NCBI GenBank assembly: GCA_964441495.1
Contig: CAYTXV010000005.1
Location: 1 to 59,123, forward strand
Direction of reading: 5' to 3'
From: an uncultured Candidatus Saccharibacteria bacterium
GTDB taxonomy: Bacteria > Patescibacteriota > Minisyncoccia > Phycocordibacterales > UBA9973
DNA length: 59,123 bases
Below, one piece after another: positions 7,698 to 16,503 of the stretch (its first letter is position 1; each line of letters starts with the position of its first letter). Made by a program: the position numbers and the translations under genes. The notes beneath the pieces are model-generated. The model was not told the DNA's origin. It did no database searches and worked only from the letters and a program-made list of their open reading frames with translations.

Positions 7698-8354
7698 ATG
7701 CCGCAAGCGCCGCAAAAACAGCCATATACCTGGATAGTTGGGATCGATGAAGTGGGGCGTGGTCCTATCGCGGGCCCAGTCACTGTGTGCGCAGTTGCGA
7801 TAAGAGCGGCTGCGTACAAGGCTAGTCGATGGTCTGGGTTGACTGATTCCAAACAAATGACCAAATCTGCCCGAGAAAAATGGTATACAAAAGCAAAGCT
7901 TCTTGAAAAGGAAGGCAAAATACGGATTGTGCTAGCTTCTCAAACAGCGGCGCAGATAGACAAGAAGGGGATCGCTGATTGTATCAGGTTGTGTATTGCC
8001 AAGAGTCTGCAAATGCTTGATCTAGATCCAAACCAGACACGCATCCTGCTCGACGGTTCACTCAAGGCACCAATAGAGTACGCAAACCAAGAGACTGTTA
8101 TCAAAGGCGACCAGAAACACAAGATTATTTCACTTGCTTCAGTCATCGCAAAGGTATCCAGAGACGCGTACATGGCGATTCAGGCACGCACATACCCAGA
8201 GTACGGTTGGCAGTCCAATGCAGGCTATGGCACCGCGAGACACTACAAAGCGCTCAAAAAGCTAGGTTTTACAAGGCTTCACCGAAAGTCTTTTCTTACA
8301 AAATTTATTGACAAAAATATAAAAAAATGCTATAATGAAAAAAACAAAATTTAA
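7698..8354 (+). CDS. rnhB: Ribonuclease HII
   Basis: The motif GIDEVGRGPIAGPVTVCAV and the overall RNase HII layout. Confidence 0.9.
   Translation: MPQAPQKQPYTWIVGIDEVGRGPIAGPVTVCAVAIRAAAYKASRWSGLTDSKQMTKSAREKWYTKAKLLEKEGKIRIVLASQTAAQIDKKGIADCIRLCIAKSLQMLDLDPNQTRILLDGSLKAPIEYANQETVIKGDQKHKIISLASVIAKVSRDAYMAIQARTYPEYGWQSNAGYGTARHYKALKKLGFTRLHRKSFLTKFIDKNIKKCYNEKNKI
8308..8336 (+). promoter_or_regulatory. Perfect consensus promoter TTGACA-17 nt-TATAAT (TGc extended), inside the rnhB 3' end
   Basis: TTGACA at 8308-8313 and TATAAT at 8331-8336. Confidence 0.6.
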
Positions 8355-8362
8355 AACAAAAA

Positions 8363-8890
8363 ATGCTCGTTATGAAAAGAATAATCGCGTTAAGTATCTT
8401 ACTCATGGGACTTTTTGTCTCATGCACCTCTTCCAACAAAACCACAGTTCGGCAGCCTGTTGATGTGGTAAAGGGTAAATTGACGCTCCATCCTGTCTTT
8501 ACCGATATCCAAACAAAAGAGGAGCAATACTTCTTTTTCTTAGACGGTGTTAGCAGGACACTGTTCATGACCACGGACACAATCGTTTTTGAAACGATCG
8601 TTGACTATTTGCCGGTCAGAACAATCCAGTCCAGGTCCGTACTTTTGGAGGGTACGGCCATTGATCCGTTTACTCTTTTTACTAAAGATCAGTTCACAGA
8701 GTTTGGTTCAAAAGTTGCCCGACTCGGCGTAGAGCTCAACAAATGGCGAGTTGCCCGTATATTTAACTACGGACTCATTGATTCTTCAGGTGAAAACAGT
8801 CCTCCAAATAAAGGCACAGAAAAACCTGGTAAGGGATGGAGGCCAAGTTCGAATGATAGCCAGCTTAAAAAATGGAGAGATGGAATTTAA
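8363..8890 (+). CDS. Putative lipoprotein (175 aa)
   Basis: Signal peptide with a lipobox-like LFVSC (MLVMKRIIALSILLMGLFVSCTSSN). ATG 8372 is an alternative start. Confidence 0.5.
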   Translation: MLVMKRIIALSILLMGLFVSCTSSNKTTVRQPVDVVKGKLTLHPVFTDIQTKEEQYFFFLDGVSRTLFMTTDTIVFETIVDYLPVRTIQSRSVLLEGTAIDPFTLFTKDQFTEFGSKVARLGVELNKWRVARIFNYGLIDSSGENSPPNKGTEKPGKGWRPSSNDSQLKKWRDGI

Positions 8891-8900
8891 CTCAAGTATC

Positions 8901-8934
8901 AATGCCCCTCACAAATGTGAAGGGGCATTTTTTA
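8901..8934. terminator. Bidirectional terminator between convergent genes
   Basis: A 12-bp stem with one bulge, aatgcccctcac / gtgaaggggcatt, then ttttta. Confidence 0.75.
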
Positions 8935-9678
8935 TACAACAACAAGGAGTACAACGATTCCAAGAATGATTCGATACCATCCAAACCATGCGAGTGGTTT
9001 GCGCGTAAGTATGTTCATAAAAAACCTGATTGATATAAGTGCGGTGATAAATGCAATGATTGTGCCAAATCCGATGAGTCCCCATTGTGAAGTAGTGAGT
9101 CCGCTTACATGCCTGATCTCAACGACACTTGCGCCGAGGATTGTCGGGATCGCAAGGAGAAATGAAAATGACACGATCGTTTGTCGTGGGATCTTTAGTA
9201 GTGTACCTCCGATCAGTGTCGCACCTGCACGTGAGATACCAGGGATAAATGCGCCGATCTGTGCTACCCCGATCCAAAACGCTTGTTTGTATGACACGTC
9301 ACCAACAGCAGTTTCAGTATCGATTGGTTTGATGAGGAGGATTCCGATGCCGCCTACGATGAGTGCAAGGGCGATCACGGCAGTACTTCCCAGTGCAGAT
9401 TTGATGAGTGGGTAGAGGAGTACTCCTGCGATACTTGTTGGGATAAACGCAACCGCAATTTTGGGTATGATCGAAAGGTGTTTCCAGATAAATTTCCAAA
9501 AATAAAAGACAACTGCAAGGATAGCTCCTGACTGGATGCAGATCGAGAGTGCTTCGAGAAATGCATCCTGGGGGATACCAAGGAGTGCACCAGTCAGCAA
9601 CAGGTGTGCAGTCGAAGACACCGGGATAAACTCCGTCAATCCTTCTACGATACCGACGATGAGTGTATGAATGATCAT
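8932..9678 (-). CDS. uppP: Undecaprenyl-diphosphatase
   Basis: The BacA/UppP N-terminal motif GIVEGLTEFIPVSSTAHLLL in a polytopic membrane protein. Confidence 0.9.
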   Translation of the reverse strand: MIIHTLIVGIVEGLTEFIPVSSTAHLLLTGALLGIPQDAFLEALSICIQSGAILAVVFYFWKFIWKHLSIIPKIAVAFIPTSIAGVLLYPLIKSALGSTAVIALALIVGGIGILLIKPIDTETAVGDVSYKQAFWIGVAQIGAFIPGISRAGATLIGGTLLKIPRQTIVSFSFLLAIPTILGASVVEIRHVSGLTTSQWGLIGFGTIIAFITALISIRFFMNILTRKPLAWFGWYRIILGIVVLLVVV

Positions 9679-10367
9679 CGGAGTAACTCGTACGCGCCAA
9701 CGATGGCCGCAGTCTCTGCACGAAGTATCGTTGTGCCAAGTGTTCTAAATTCGACATTATGCGCCTCAAAGAGCAGTATCTCTTCATCGGTCCATCCGCC
9801 TTCTGGTCCGATACAGTACGCGATTGTTTCTTGGTCTTTGTGCGTACGAGGTTTGTGAGGTTGATGAGGGTCAAACACCACAATCGGTGTGCTGCAAGTC
9901 TTGAGGTACTCTGGCAAAGCTATCGGATTATGTATGTGCGGGAGACGGTGTTGTCCTGATTGTTCCACCGCTTCACGTGCGATTGCTTCAAGTCGATCAG
10001 CTCTGAGCGATTGCTTGACAGTACGCGCGCTGATAAGTGGTACTATTTCTCGTACGCCGAGCTCTGTGAGCTTCTGTACAACAAGTTCAAAGAGGTCGCG
10101 CTTGATGATACTCACCGCAGCGATGACGCTACGAGAAGGCGCAGTTAAAGGCGCTCGTCGCTCTTGTACCGATACTGAAACTGATTGTTTAGTACAGCTT
10201 TGTACCTCTACTACGACATCGCCCGATGTTTCATCAAAAACAATACAGGTTTCTCCAGGGGTATAGCGGAGTACAGCAGTGAATTGGTGGACAAGGCTTT
10301 TGTCCATAATCTCAAAAGTTTCTTTGTCCGGGATAGGAGTAAGGAAAAACCGGTGCAGTTTCTTCAT
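9675..10367 (-). CDS. rsmE: 16S rRNA (uracil1498-N3)-methyltransferase RsmE-like
   Basis: MKKLHRFFL N-terminus and a GPEGGWT motif near the C-terminus. A 4-nt overlap with uppP suggests an operon. Confidence 0.8.
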   Translation of the reverse strand: MKKLHRFFLTPIPDKETFEIMDKSLVHQFTAVLRYTPGETCIVFDETSGDVVVEVQSCTKQSVSVSVQERRAPLTAPSRSVIAAVSIIKRDLFELVVQKLTELGVREIVPLISARTVKQSLRADRLEAIAREAVEQSGQHRLPHIHNPIALPEYLKTCSTPIVVFDPHQPHKPRTHKDQETIAYCIGPEGGWTDEEILLFEAHNVEFRTLGTTILRAETAAIVGAYELLR

Positions 10368-10374
10368 GGCAAGT

Positions 10375-10380
10375 AGTATA
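10375..10380 (-). promoter_or_regulatory. -10 box TATACT for rsmE, 7 nt from the ATG
   Basis: The plus strand reads agtata. It lies back-to-back with the dedA box at 10390-10398. Confidence 0.5.
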
Positions 10381-10389
10381 CCTATTTCC

Positions 10390-10398
10390 TGCTATACT
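10390..10398 (+). promoter_or_regulatory. Extended -10 box TGCTATACT for the dedA-like gene, 9 nt from the ATG
   Basis: Read directly from the sequence. Confidence 0.55.
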
Positions 10399-10407
10399 GC
10401 CTACACA

Positions 10408-11007
10408 ATGCATATCGAATCCCTTTCTGGAACTCTGCTATATCTTGTTGCTTTTTTGATTATTTTTTCTGAAACAGGTTTATTTTTTCTATTCTTTTTG
10501 CCAGGAGACAGCCTGTTGTTTGCGCTTGGCCTTTTGGCAAATGAAGGCGCTATCAGCCTCTGGTACACACTCCCGCTACTTATCATTGCTTCTATTATCG
10601 GAAACTACCTTGCGTATTTTTTGGGAAACCTTGCTCGTGGAGGTATCGAGAAAGGTAAATGGTTTTCTCGTATTAAGCCAGCGCATTTGATACGGGCACA
10701 GATGTTTTATAACAAACACGGATTACTCGCGATACTCTTTGCTCGATTTATCCCTGTCATCAGAACATTTGTTCCGTTTTTTGCAGGGATTGTTTCAATG
10801 AACCGCAGAACGTTTTCCTTATGGACAATCGCTGGTGGTATAGCATGGATCACTACTGTTGTATGTTTGGGGTACGCGCTTGGGAGAGAATTTAACTTAC
10901 AAAACATCGCATTTCTTGGAACAGGAGTGATTGTCGTTGCTGTTATTGCAACACCAGTATGTATTGGACTCATTAGTCATTTTTTAAAGATTCCTGATCA
11001 AAAATAG
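10408..11007 (+). CDS. DedA/SNARE-associated family membrane protein
   Basis: The motif FSETGLFFLFFLPGDSLLF and FARFIPVIRTFVPFFAGI. The start is the internal ATG of ORF 10279..11007. Confidence 0.85.
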   Translation: MHIESLSGTLLYLVAFLIIFSETGLFFLFFLPGDSLLFALGLLANEGAISLWYTLPLLIIASIIGNYLAYFLGNLARGGIEKGKWFSRIKPAHLIRAQMFYNKHGLLAILFARFIPVIRTFVPFFAGIVSMNRRTFSLWTIAGGIAWITTVVCLGYALGREFNLQNIAFLGTGVIVVAVIATPVCIGLISHFLKIPDQK

Positions 11008-11878
11008 TCCCGAGATACGTATCAATCTCTCGCTGATCGATATCATACAGATAAGTGTTTTCTTCATGAAGCATGGTTGCAAGTGCGACACCGACAAACC
11101 GCCAGTGCCATGGTTCGTAGATGTAGTACTTGTTGTTTTTGGGATACGAGAGTACAAAGCCATACTTGTGCGCATTGTCTTTGAGCCAGATAGATTCAGG
11201 AGTCTTGTCAAATGCTGTCGAGAGCGTACCGGTTTTGGCTGTAGTGAAATCAACTGCGGTGCCGAGTTGGTGTTCTGAGTACCCTTGATCTGCCGAAAAC
11301 TTGTTTGCAGTGGCGGCGCCATAGGTCACCCTGTAGGTAGATTTGAGCGATGCCTGTGTCCCAAACGAACGATACCCACTTGCGATACGTAGCCCGAGTC
11401 CTGCACTTGCTGCATCATCGAGGAGTTGTTTGAGATACGGCCATACCTGTGTATGGATTTGTACGGTCTTGCCAGCAGCACTTATGTACTCGGGATCTAT
11501 ATCGGTAAGCGAAGTAGGGGTGTAGTGCTCATTGAGAAAGTATACTTTTGAATACTTTTTGAGAAGTTCTGGATCGGTTTCGCTAAGTTTGGTAAGCGCA
11601 TCAACAGTGCTTGCGAGTTCTGTTGATGTTGACTCGAGTTGAGCAGCACGATCTGCTGTTTGGGTAAGTACCTGGGAGAGTTTGTCGCGCTCGTATTCAG
11701 AAAGAGAAAGGTTTGTTGAGAGTTCAGTGATAGTCTCGCGAAGTTCGGTGATTGTTGTACGACTTGCTCGATATGCTTGTGAGAGCTCGATCAGTCGGAG
11801 CCCGCCGTATCCGATTGCAATGACACAGATACTTGCGATACTCCAGATGACGATACGTTGTGTGCGATGATGTTTCAT
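10973..11878 (-). CDS. D-alanyl-D-alanine carboxypeptidase, M15B/VanY-like
   Basis: N-terminal TM anchor and coiled coil, then SGYRSFGTQ, SEHQLGTAVDF and EPWHWRFVG (Zn-ligand motifs of VanY-type peptidases). Confidence 0.85.
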   Translation of the reverse strand: MKHHRTQRIVIWSIASICVIAIGYGGLRLIELSQAYRASRTTITELRETITELSTNLSLSEYERDKLSQVLTQTADRAAQLESTSTELASTVDALTKLSETDPELLKKYSKVYFLNEHYTPTSLTDIDPEYISAAGKTVQIHTQVWPYLKQLLDDAASAGLGLRIASGYRSFGTQASLKSTYRVTYGAATANKFSADQGYSEHQLGTAVDFTTAKTGTLSTAFDKTPESIWLKDNAHKYGFVLSYPKNNKYYIYEPWHWRFVGVALATMLHEENTYLYDIDQREIDTYLGTIFDQESLKND

Positions 11879-11880
11879 AG

Positions 11881-12765
11881 TTATCCTTGAGGTATCTCTT
11901 CCAAGATTTTACAACTTTGCTCATCGCCTTTCTGACAGAGTGTGTATAGCTCGCATAGTTTTTCATTGTCATACGGACATCGAGGAGCTCCAGCACCTTT
12001 TTCGGGCCACAGACCAACGCTTTCAAGTTCAGTACACGCGTCAGGGTTCCCCCAAATACATTTCTCGCGAACCGAACAGTATTTGACAGTTTCTCCGGTA
12101 TATGGACATGCTCCACCAGAGGGATTGTCGCCGGGTTCATCACCACCAGGTTCGGCAGATATCACGATGCCGTCTGTGTATTCAAACCCATACCCAAACG
12201 GACCAGAATCATCCTCAAGTCCTACGGTATAAAGGCGAAACGCTTCACGGGTTAGGTTATTGGTAGGTGCAGCGAGGGATTGCATACCATAAGCAAGTCC
12301 TGCTGGTGCTTCATAAATAAATCCAACACCGCCACGAGTTGTTAGAGAACGCTGCACCCCTATCGGGGTTTGTGCAAACGCTGTTGATTTGTTTTTGCGT
12401 GCGATACAGGATGGGCACGGATCTTGTTGAGGAAGAGAAATATATGGGCGCAGTTGTTCCGTGAGTGTATCCCAGTTGGTATTTGAGTAGACAGCGTCGC
12501 CACTATCAGCAATGCAGTTTGGGTTTGGTGTTTGTGGATCAAGACATCCTGGATTACCAAGATCTGGTAAGTCTCCGTTGTGGTCTGCTTGGTATAGTGC
12601 GATTGCATTATAGATAGAGCGCACCTCTTGCTTGCGCTGTGCATCACGTGCCTTGCCGCGTGCACTATTGAGTGCGACGAGTACTATAGAAGCAAGGATA
12701 CCGATGATTGCGATCACGACGAGGAGTTCGATGAGTGTAAACCCTTTTTGTGTACGTCGTTTCAT
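11881..12765 (-). CDS. Prepilin-type (type IV pilin/pseudopilin-like) protein with a Cys-rich C-terminal domain
   Basis: Class III signal [28 protein letters not shown] (G/FTLIE cleavage-methylation motif). The 294-aa protein has many C-terminal cysteines. Confidence 0.8.
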   Translation of the reverse strand: MKRRTQKGFTLIELLVVIAIIGILASIVLVALNSARGKARDAQRKQEVRSIYNAIALYQADHNGDLPDLGNPGCLDPQTPNPNCIADSGDAVYSNTNWDTLTEQLRPYISLPQQDPCPSCIARKNKSTAFAQTPIGVQRSLTTRGGVGFIYEAPAGLAYGMQSLAAPTNNLTREAFRLYTVGLEDDSGPFGYGFEYTDGIVISAEPGGDEPGDNPSGGACPYTGETVKYCSVREKCIWGNPDACTELESVGLWPEKGAGAPRCPYDNEKLCELYTLCQKGDEQSCKILEEIPQG

Positions 12766-12774
12766 ATGGTCTTC

Positions 12775-12783
12775 AGTATATCA
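12775..12783 (-). promoter_or_regulatory. Extended -10 box TGaTATACT for the pilin-like gene, 9 nt from the ATG
   Basis: The plus strand reads agtatatca. Confidence 0.5.
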
Positions 12784-12812
12784 CGCAGGAGCAGGTATAT
12801 ACTGGAGAGGAT

Positions 12813-13817
12813 ATGCGACCAGCTACTACAAAAGTAAACAGTGTATTTTTTATCTTCGTTTTCATTCTTTGTGGCGCGAGTATTATGTACTTTTCAAAGA
12901 TCAAAGAAACAGCATCATTGTTCCAATCAGTTTCAGTGTACTGGCTTGCTATTGCAGTACTTGCACAGTGCGGGACGTATCTAGGAGTTGCTACTGTATA
13001 CAAAGGTATCATATCCTTGTCGCGATTTGCGGTGACTATACCGTTACGCATACTTGCCCAAATAGCTGTCGTATCGGTGTCGCTCAACCAGATTGTCCCG
13101 AGTGCTGGATTGAGCGGAAACTTGTTTTTGTTCAACTTGTTCAAGAAGCGAGGTGCCACACCGACACAGGCACTTACCCTGATCCTTCTTGAGTTGCAGA
13201 GCTTTTACAGCACGATACTTTTGGTGCTTGGCGGTGTGATCGCGGGTGCGATCAGTGGTGTTGTGCCACGTACGCCGTTTCTTGGGATTGCGATTGCTGG
13301 AGTTGTTGTATATGGAGTGTTTTTGCTTGCAGTGAGTGTATTTCGACACACTGCATTTACAAAGCACATACTACGTATCTTTGAGCGATTGCGGGTGGTC
13401 GATACGCACAACCCGTTGTATAGAGAGTTTCTAGATGCAAATGTTTCCGAGCGGTATCGAGGTGTATTTTCTCAAGATCTGGGTGGAACATTTCGTGTGG
13501 GAGTGTTTCAACTTATGGGTATGTGCTTCGATGCACTCACGATCTACGGATTGTTCCACGGGCTTGGTATAGTTATTGGATTTGTCCCTGTATGTATCGT
13601 GTTTCTTGCAACAAAAGTTATTGCGCTTTTGCCACTTACTCCAGGCTCGCTCCTCGTGTATGAAGGAGGGATGACCGTGTTCTTTACACTTCTTGGTGTA
13701 CCGACACAAGTCGCGCTCGCTGTGACACTGCTCTATCGAGCACTTTCGTTTTGGGTACCGATACCGATCGGATTGTTGCTCTATCGTAGGTTGCACTATC
13801 GACAAGGTGTATACTAA
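12813..13817 (+). CDS. Polytopic membrane protein, UPF0104 / lysyl-PG-synthase-TM (flippase-like) family
   Basis: About 8 TM segments and a family-like C-terminus (LLYRALSFWVPIPIGLLLY). The start is the internal ATG of ORF 12750..13817. Confidence 0.55.
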   Translation: MRPATTKVNSVFFIFVFILCGASIMYFSKIKETASLFQSVSVYWLAIAVLAQCGTYLGVATVYKGIISLSRFAVTIPLRILAQIAVVSVSLNQIVPSAGLSGNLFLFNLFKKRGATPTQALTLILLELQSFYSTILLVLGGVIAGAISGVVPRTPFLGIAIAGVVVYGVFLLAVSVFRHTAFTKHILRIFERLRVVDTHNPLYREFLDANVSERYRGVFSQDLGGTFRVGVFQLMGMCFDALTIYGLFHGLGIVIGFVPVCIVFLATKVIALLPLTPGSLLVYEGGMTVFFTLLGVPTQVALAVTLLYRALSFWVPIPIGLLLYRRLHYRQGVY

Positions 13818-13823
13818 ACACAT

Positions 13824-14237
13824 ATGCAAAAGATACTTACAGCACTTCGCATCAGCATGACACTTATTTTCTTGTGGGCATTTTTTGACAAACTCTTTGG
13901 ACTTGGATTTGCTACGACTGTAGACAAGGCATGGATAGCCGGTGGATCTCCGACGACAGGATTTCTCATGTACGCGACCAAGGGTCCATTTGCAGGATTT
14001 TTCCAGAGCCTTGCAGGAGTAGGTGTTGTTGATTGGCTTTTCATGCTCGGGTTACTTTTTGTCGGACTTACACTTATCCTCAACCGATATGTGAAATGGG
14101 GAGCACTTGCTGGTATTGTGATGATGCTTCTCATGTACCTTGCAGTGCTGCCACCAGAGAACAACCCGCTTATCGATGATCATATCATCTACGCACTTGT
14201 GCTCGGATTGTTTGTTGTTGAAAAGAAAAAGAGTTAG
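13824..14237 (+). CDS. DoxX-like membrane protein
   Basis: Four TM segments. The motif RISMTLIFLWAFFDKLFG is typical of DoxX/DoxD-like proteins. Confidence 0.55.
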   Translation: MQKILTALRISMTLIFLWAFFDKLFGLGFATTVDKAWIAGGSPTTGFLMYATKGPFAGFFQSLAGVGVVDWLFMLGLLFVGLTLILNRYVKWGALAGIVMMLLMYLAVLPPENNPLIDDHIIYALVLGLFVVEKKKS

Positions 14238-14251
14238 GTATAAATAAAAAT

Positions 14252-14638
14252 ATGAATGGTTTAAATCCCGAACAGCAGTGGCACCTTGAAAAAGAAGGAT
14301 TGGAGGCTCGTGTTCGAAACCAGTTGAGCCCATTTGTATCACTCTTGTCACTTGCTGAGGCATATCGCGACATAGAACAAGATAAAAAGGGTGGGATACT
14401 TACCCTTATACAAGATACATTCAAATCGGCTACTGATTCGTTTACTCATCTAAAAAATCTTTCAATCGAAACTAGCAAAGAACAACTAGGAGCCGAAATA
14501 GATAAACTTGGATCACTTCTTGAAACCGTTGAAGATTTTGTTGCAAATAAAAATGAAAGCGCTATTGATTTGATAGTAAATAATCAAGATTTATATACTG
14601 CAATATTGCAAAAAAGCATTGAACTTTCCAAAGATTAG
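14252..14638 (+). CDS. Hypothetical protein (128 aa)
   Basis: ATG-started ORF in a visibly AT-richer stretch. I recognise no family. Confidence 0.4.
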   Translation: MNGLNPEQQWHLEKEGLEARVRNQLSPFVSLLSLAEAYRDIEQDKKGGILTLIQDTFKSATDSFTHLKNLSIETSKEQLGAEIDKLGSLLETVEDFVANKNESAIDLIVNNQDLYTAILQKSIELSKD

Positions 14639-14665
14639 TTGAATGATATAGATTTTTGAAATAAA

Positions 14666-14692
14666 AACGCTACCTATTGTATTGGTAGCGTT
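14666..14692. terminator. Hairpin between convergent genes
   Basis: aacgctacc / tattgtatt / ggtagcgtt. The U-run is present only for the minus-strand reading. Confidence 0.5.
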
Positions 14693-14712
14693 GGAGTAGA
14701 AAGTTCAGTTAG

Positions 14713-14982
14713 TTAAAGATTTTCTAGTTTCTTAACCCTAGACTTTGCATACTGAAAAAGAAGCACACAAATGAAAAATGGAATAAAGCATATCCCTATA
14801 GTCATAAATGTGACAAAAAGAGAACTGTCGTTTGTGAGTGTAGTGTGGATAGAAAATATAAATAGGATCCCAGTATAAAATACACCTGGTGCCCTGTTAC
14901 TTCTTTTCTTTCTCCATTTTTCAAGTTCTTGCAATTCGATTTTTTTAAGAGGGTCGTTGCCCATGTCTATGTGAACTCCCAT
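14713..14982 (-). CDS. Small membrane protein (about 89 aa)
   Basis: Two hydrophobic helices. The start is uncertain (ATG 14982, or up to 15054 in the track ORF). Confidence 0.35.
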   Translation of the reverse strand: MGVHIDMGNDPLKKIELQELEKWRKKRSNRAPGVFYTGILFIFSIHTTLTNDSSLFVTFMTIGICFIPFFICVLLFQYAKSRVKKLENL

Positions 14983-15059
14983 AATGTATTTTTCTTTGAC
15001 ACTACAATCTAAACTTGACTTTGTCAAATAATACGATAAAGTGCTTGAAAACAAAGTCT

Positions 15060-15431
15060 ATGAAACAAAAGAACAGGAAAAGGAGGCACCTGATTAATGA
15101 CTCCGTTTTATTAAAAATTCATCGTGAATTTGGACACGATGAGGCGGTCAAGGCACTTGAGGCAGAGATTAGTAGCCTTAGATTTGAAAATGGTGTTTTG
15201 AAATCTGAAAAAGCAGAGCTTGAAGATGAAAACACTAAGTTTAAAAAAATCTTTGCCGCAATTCCTCAGCAGGTACTTATCGCTTCCGGCGGAACACCGA
15301 TCACTCTTGATGAGGATCCGCGGATTCCAGAAAAAATCAAAAAGGAGTTAAAAAAACTCCGACAAGATGTAAAAGAGTGGAGAGATAAATTTTTCCAGGC
15401 TCAACTATTGCTCAAAAAAAATGAATCTTAA
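15060..15431 (+). CDS. Hypothetical coiled-coil protein (about 123 aa)
   Basis: The internal ATG gives MKQKNRKRRHL. A heptad-like segment (EAEISSLRFENGVLKSEKAELEDENTKFKK) is present. I recognise no family. Confidence 0.4.
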   Translation: MKQKNRKRRHLINDSVLLKIHREFGHDEAVKALEAEISSLRFENGVLKSEKAELEDENTKFKKIFAAIPQQVLIASGGTPITLDEDPRIPEKIKKELKKLRQDVKEWRDKFFQAQLLLKKNES

Positions 15432-15443
15432 AATTCTATTAGA

Positions 15444-15471
15444 AAAGCCCTGCTTAAATCCGGGGCTTTTT
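15444..15471. terminator. Bidirectional terminator
   Basis: aaagccctg / cttaaatc / cggggcttt followed by tt. Confidence 0.65.
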
Positions 15472-15519
15472 AGTGCAAGAGTACTAAAATATCCCACGCA
15501 TTCGTGAGATATTTGGTAA

Positions 15520-16095
15520 TTAGACACTATGGCAACAATCTGCCTTTTTGGTAAGTTTGTCATACTCTTCGTGTATATGATGCAAAATGTCTCCCAAAAA
15601 GAGAAACACTGCCATATCAGCGATCGGTTCAAGCCATGGCGCACTGGCGATATATGCAAACGCGCCATACCCTGCATATGCACCAAGTAGCCATGTGCCT
15701 GTCACAATGAGTGGGACGAGGAGTAGGCGAGTAGGGGTGTGCGCGATGAACGGAGTAAGCATCCCCCACAGTACAACATAGAGTGCTGGTTGCCGCGCAA
15801 ACTCATGTGAGAGCATCGCAAGTCCTCCTGCAAATGAAGATACTTCACCGATTGATGCGCCGTCAATCATAGAGTGTACGATATTCAAAAGTACAAAAAT
15901 CGCAATAGTCATCCAGAAACCACTTTGTTTGGTGTGCAGGTGACACGTCCATTTACCAAGGTAATACCCGGCAAAAAGGGCAATTGTTGCAAAGACAAGT
16001 GTTTTTATCCCTTCGTATTCAAAATGAGTCGCGATGAGTATGCCCACTGCAATCAGGGCAATCGTGTGCAATCCAAAGTTTAGATATCGTTTCAT
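15520..16095 (-). CDS. ZIP-like divalent metal transporter (tentative)
   Basis: Polytopic, with NIVHSMIDGASIG and LSHEFARQPAL resembling the ZIP TM4/TM5 metal-site motifs. It has an HHIHEE segment and a C-terminal CCH. It is divergent from a Fur-family gene. Confidence 0.5.
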   Translation of the reverse strand: MKRYLNFGLHTIALIAVGILIATHFEYEGIKTLVFATIALFAGYYLGKWTCHLHTKQSGFWMTIAIFVLLNIVHSMIDGASIGEVSSFAGGLAMLSHEFARQPALYVVLWGMLTPFIAHTPTRLLLVPLIVTGTWLLGAYAGYGAFAYIASAPWLEPIADMAVFLFLGDILHHIHEEYDKLTKKADCCHSV

Positions 16096-16127
16096 ATAAT
16101 GGGTATAGTACCGTATACCAGGGTTTT

Positions 16128-16144
16128 ATGCAAATGATTTGCAT
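16128..16144. promoter_or_regulatory. Perfect 8-1-8 palindrome ATGCAAAT-G-ATTTGCAT, a candidate Fur/Zur box
   Basis: It lies in the 69-bp divergent intergenic region, between the -10 boxes of the ZIP-like gene (16105-16110, minus) and the Fur-family gene (16150-16155, plus). Confidence 0.6.
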
Positions 16145-16164
16145 TATGCTATCATATACTTGTC

Positions 16165-16500
16165 ATGCGCACAAATATCTATAAAGAAAAAGTCCTGGGA
16201 GCATTTAAGGGGGCACACCTTCTTTCGATTACTGATATTCAGCGCAAAATCCCAAAAGCAGATTTTTCGACTATCTTTCGCAACCTCGATCAACTCTGTA
16301 GGGCAGGTATGGTGCGTAAAGTTACTGTGTCAAAAGATGTCGTACTATATGAAGTAGTCGACGAGGGACATCGGCACGATCACTTTGTCTGCAGTGATTG
16401 TGGTGTGATAGAAACGATTTATGTTCCTGTGCGTAGTATCACAAAAGGTAGAGTGCACGATGTCGTTGTGCACGGCATGTGTGAGAAGTGTGAAAAATAA
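16165..16500 (+). CDS. Fur-family metalloregulator (short, Zur-like)
   Basis: A winged-helix N-terminus, then HRHDHFVCSDCG and HGMCEKCEK (CxxC...CxxC structural Zn site). Confidence 0.85.
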   Translation: MRTNIYKEKVLGAFKGAHLLSITDIQRKIPKADFSTIFRNLDQLCRAGMVRKVTVSKDVVLYEVVDEGHRHDHFVCSDCGVIETIYVPVRSITKGRVHDVVVHGMCEKCEK

Positions 16501-16503
16501 CGT

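Noticed and set aside
7649-7918. N-terminal extensions of track ORFs: dnaE to 7918, secA from 827, pyk from 20121, clpB from 44209, cysteine desulfurase from 42144, def to 24016, dedA-like from 10279, helicase from 53751, 3316, 12750, 18255, 19121 and 35440.
   Set aside because: The extensions overlap neighbouring genes, terminators or promoters. They lack homology-like sequence. In each case an internal ATG is preceded by the recurrent -10 box or matches the conserved N-terminus of the family.
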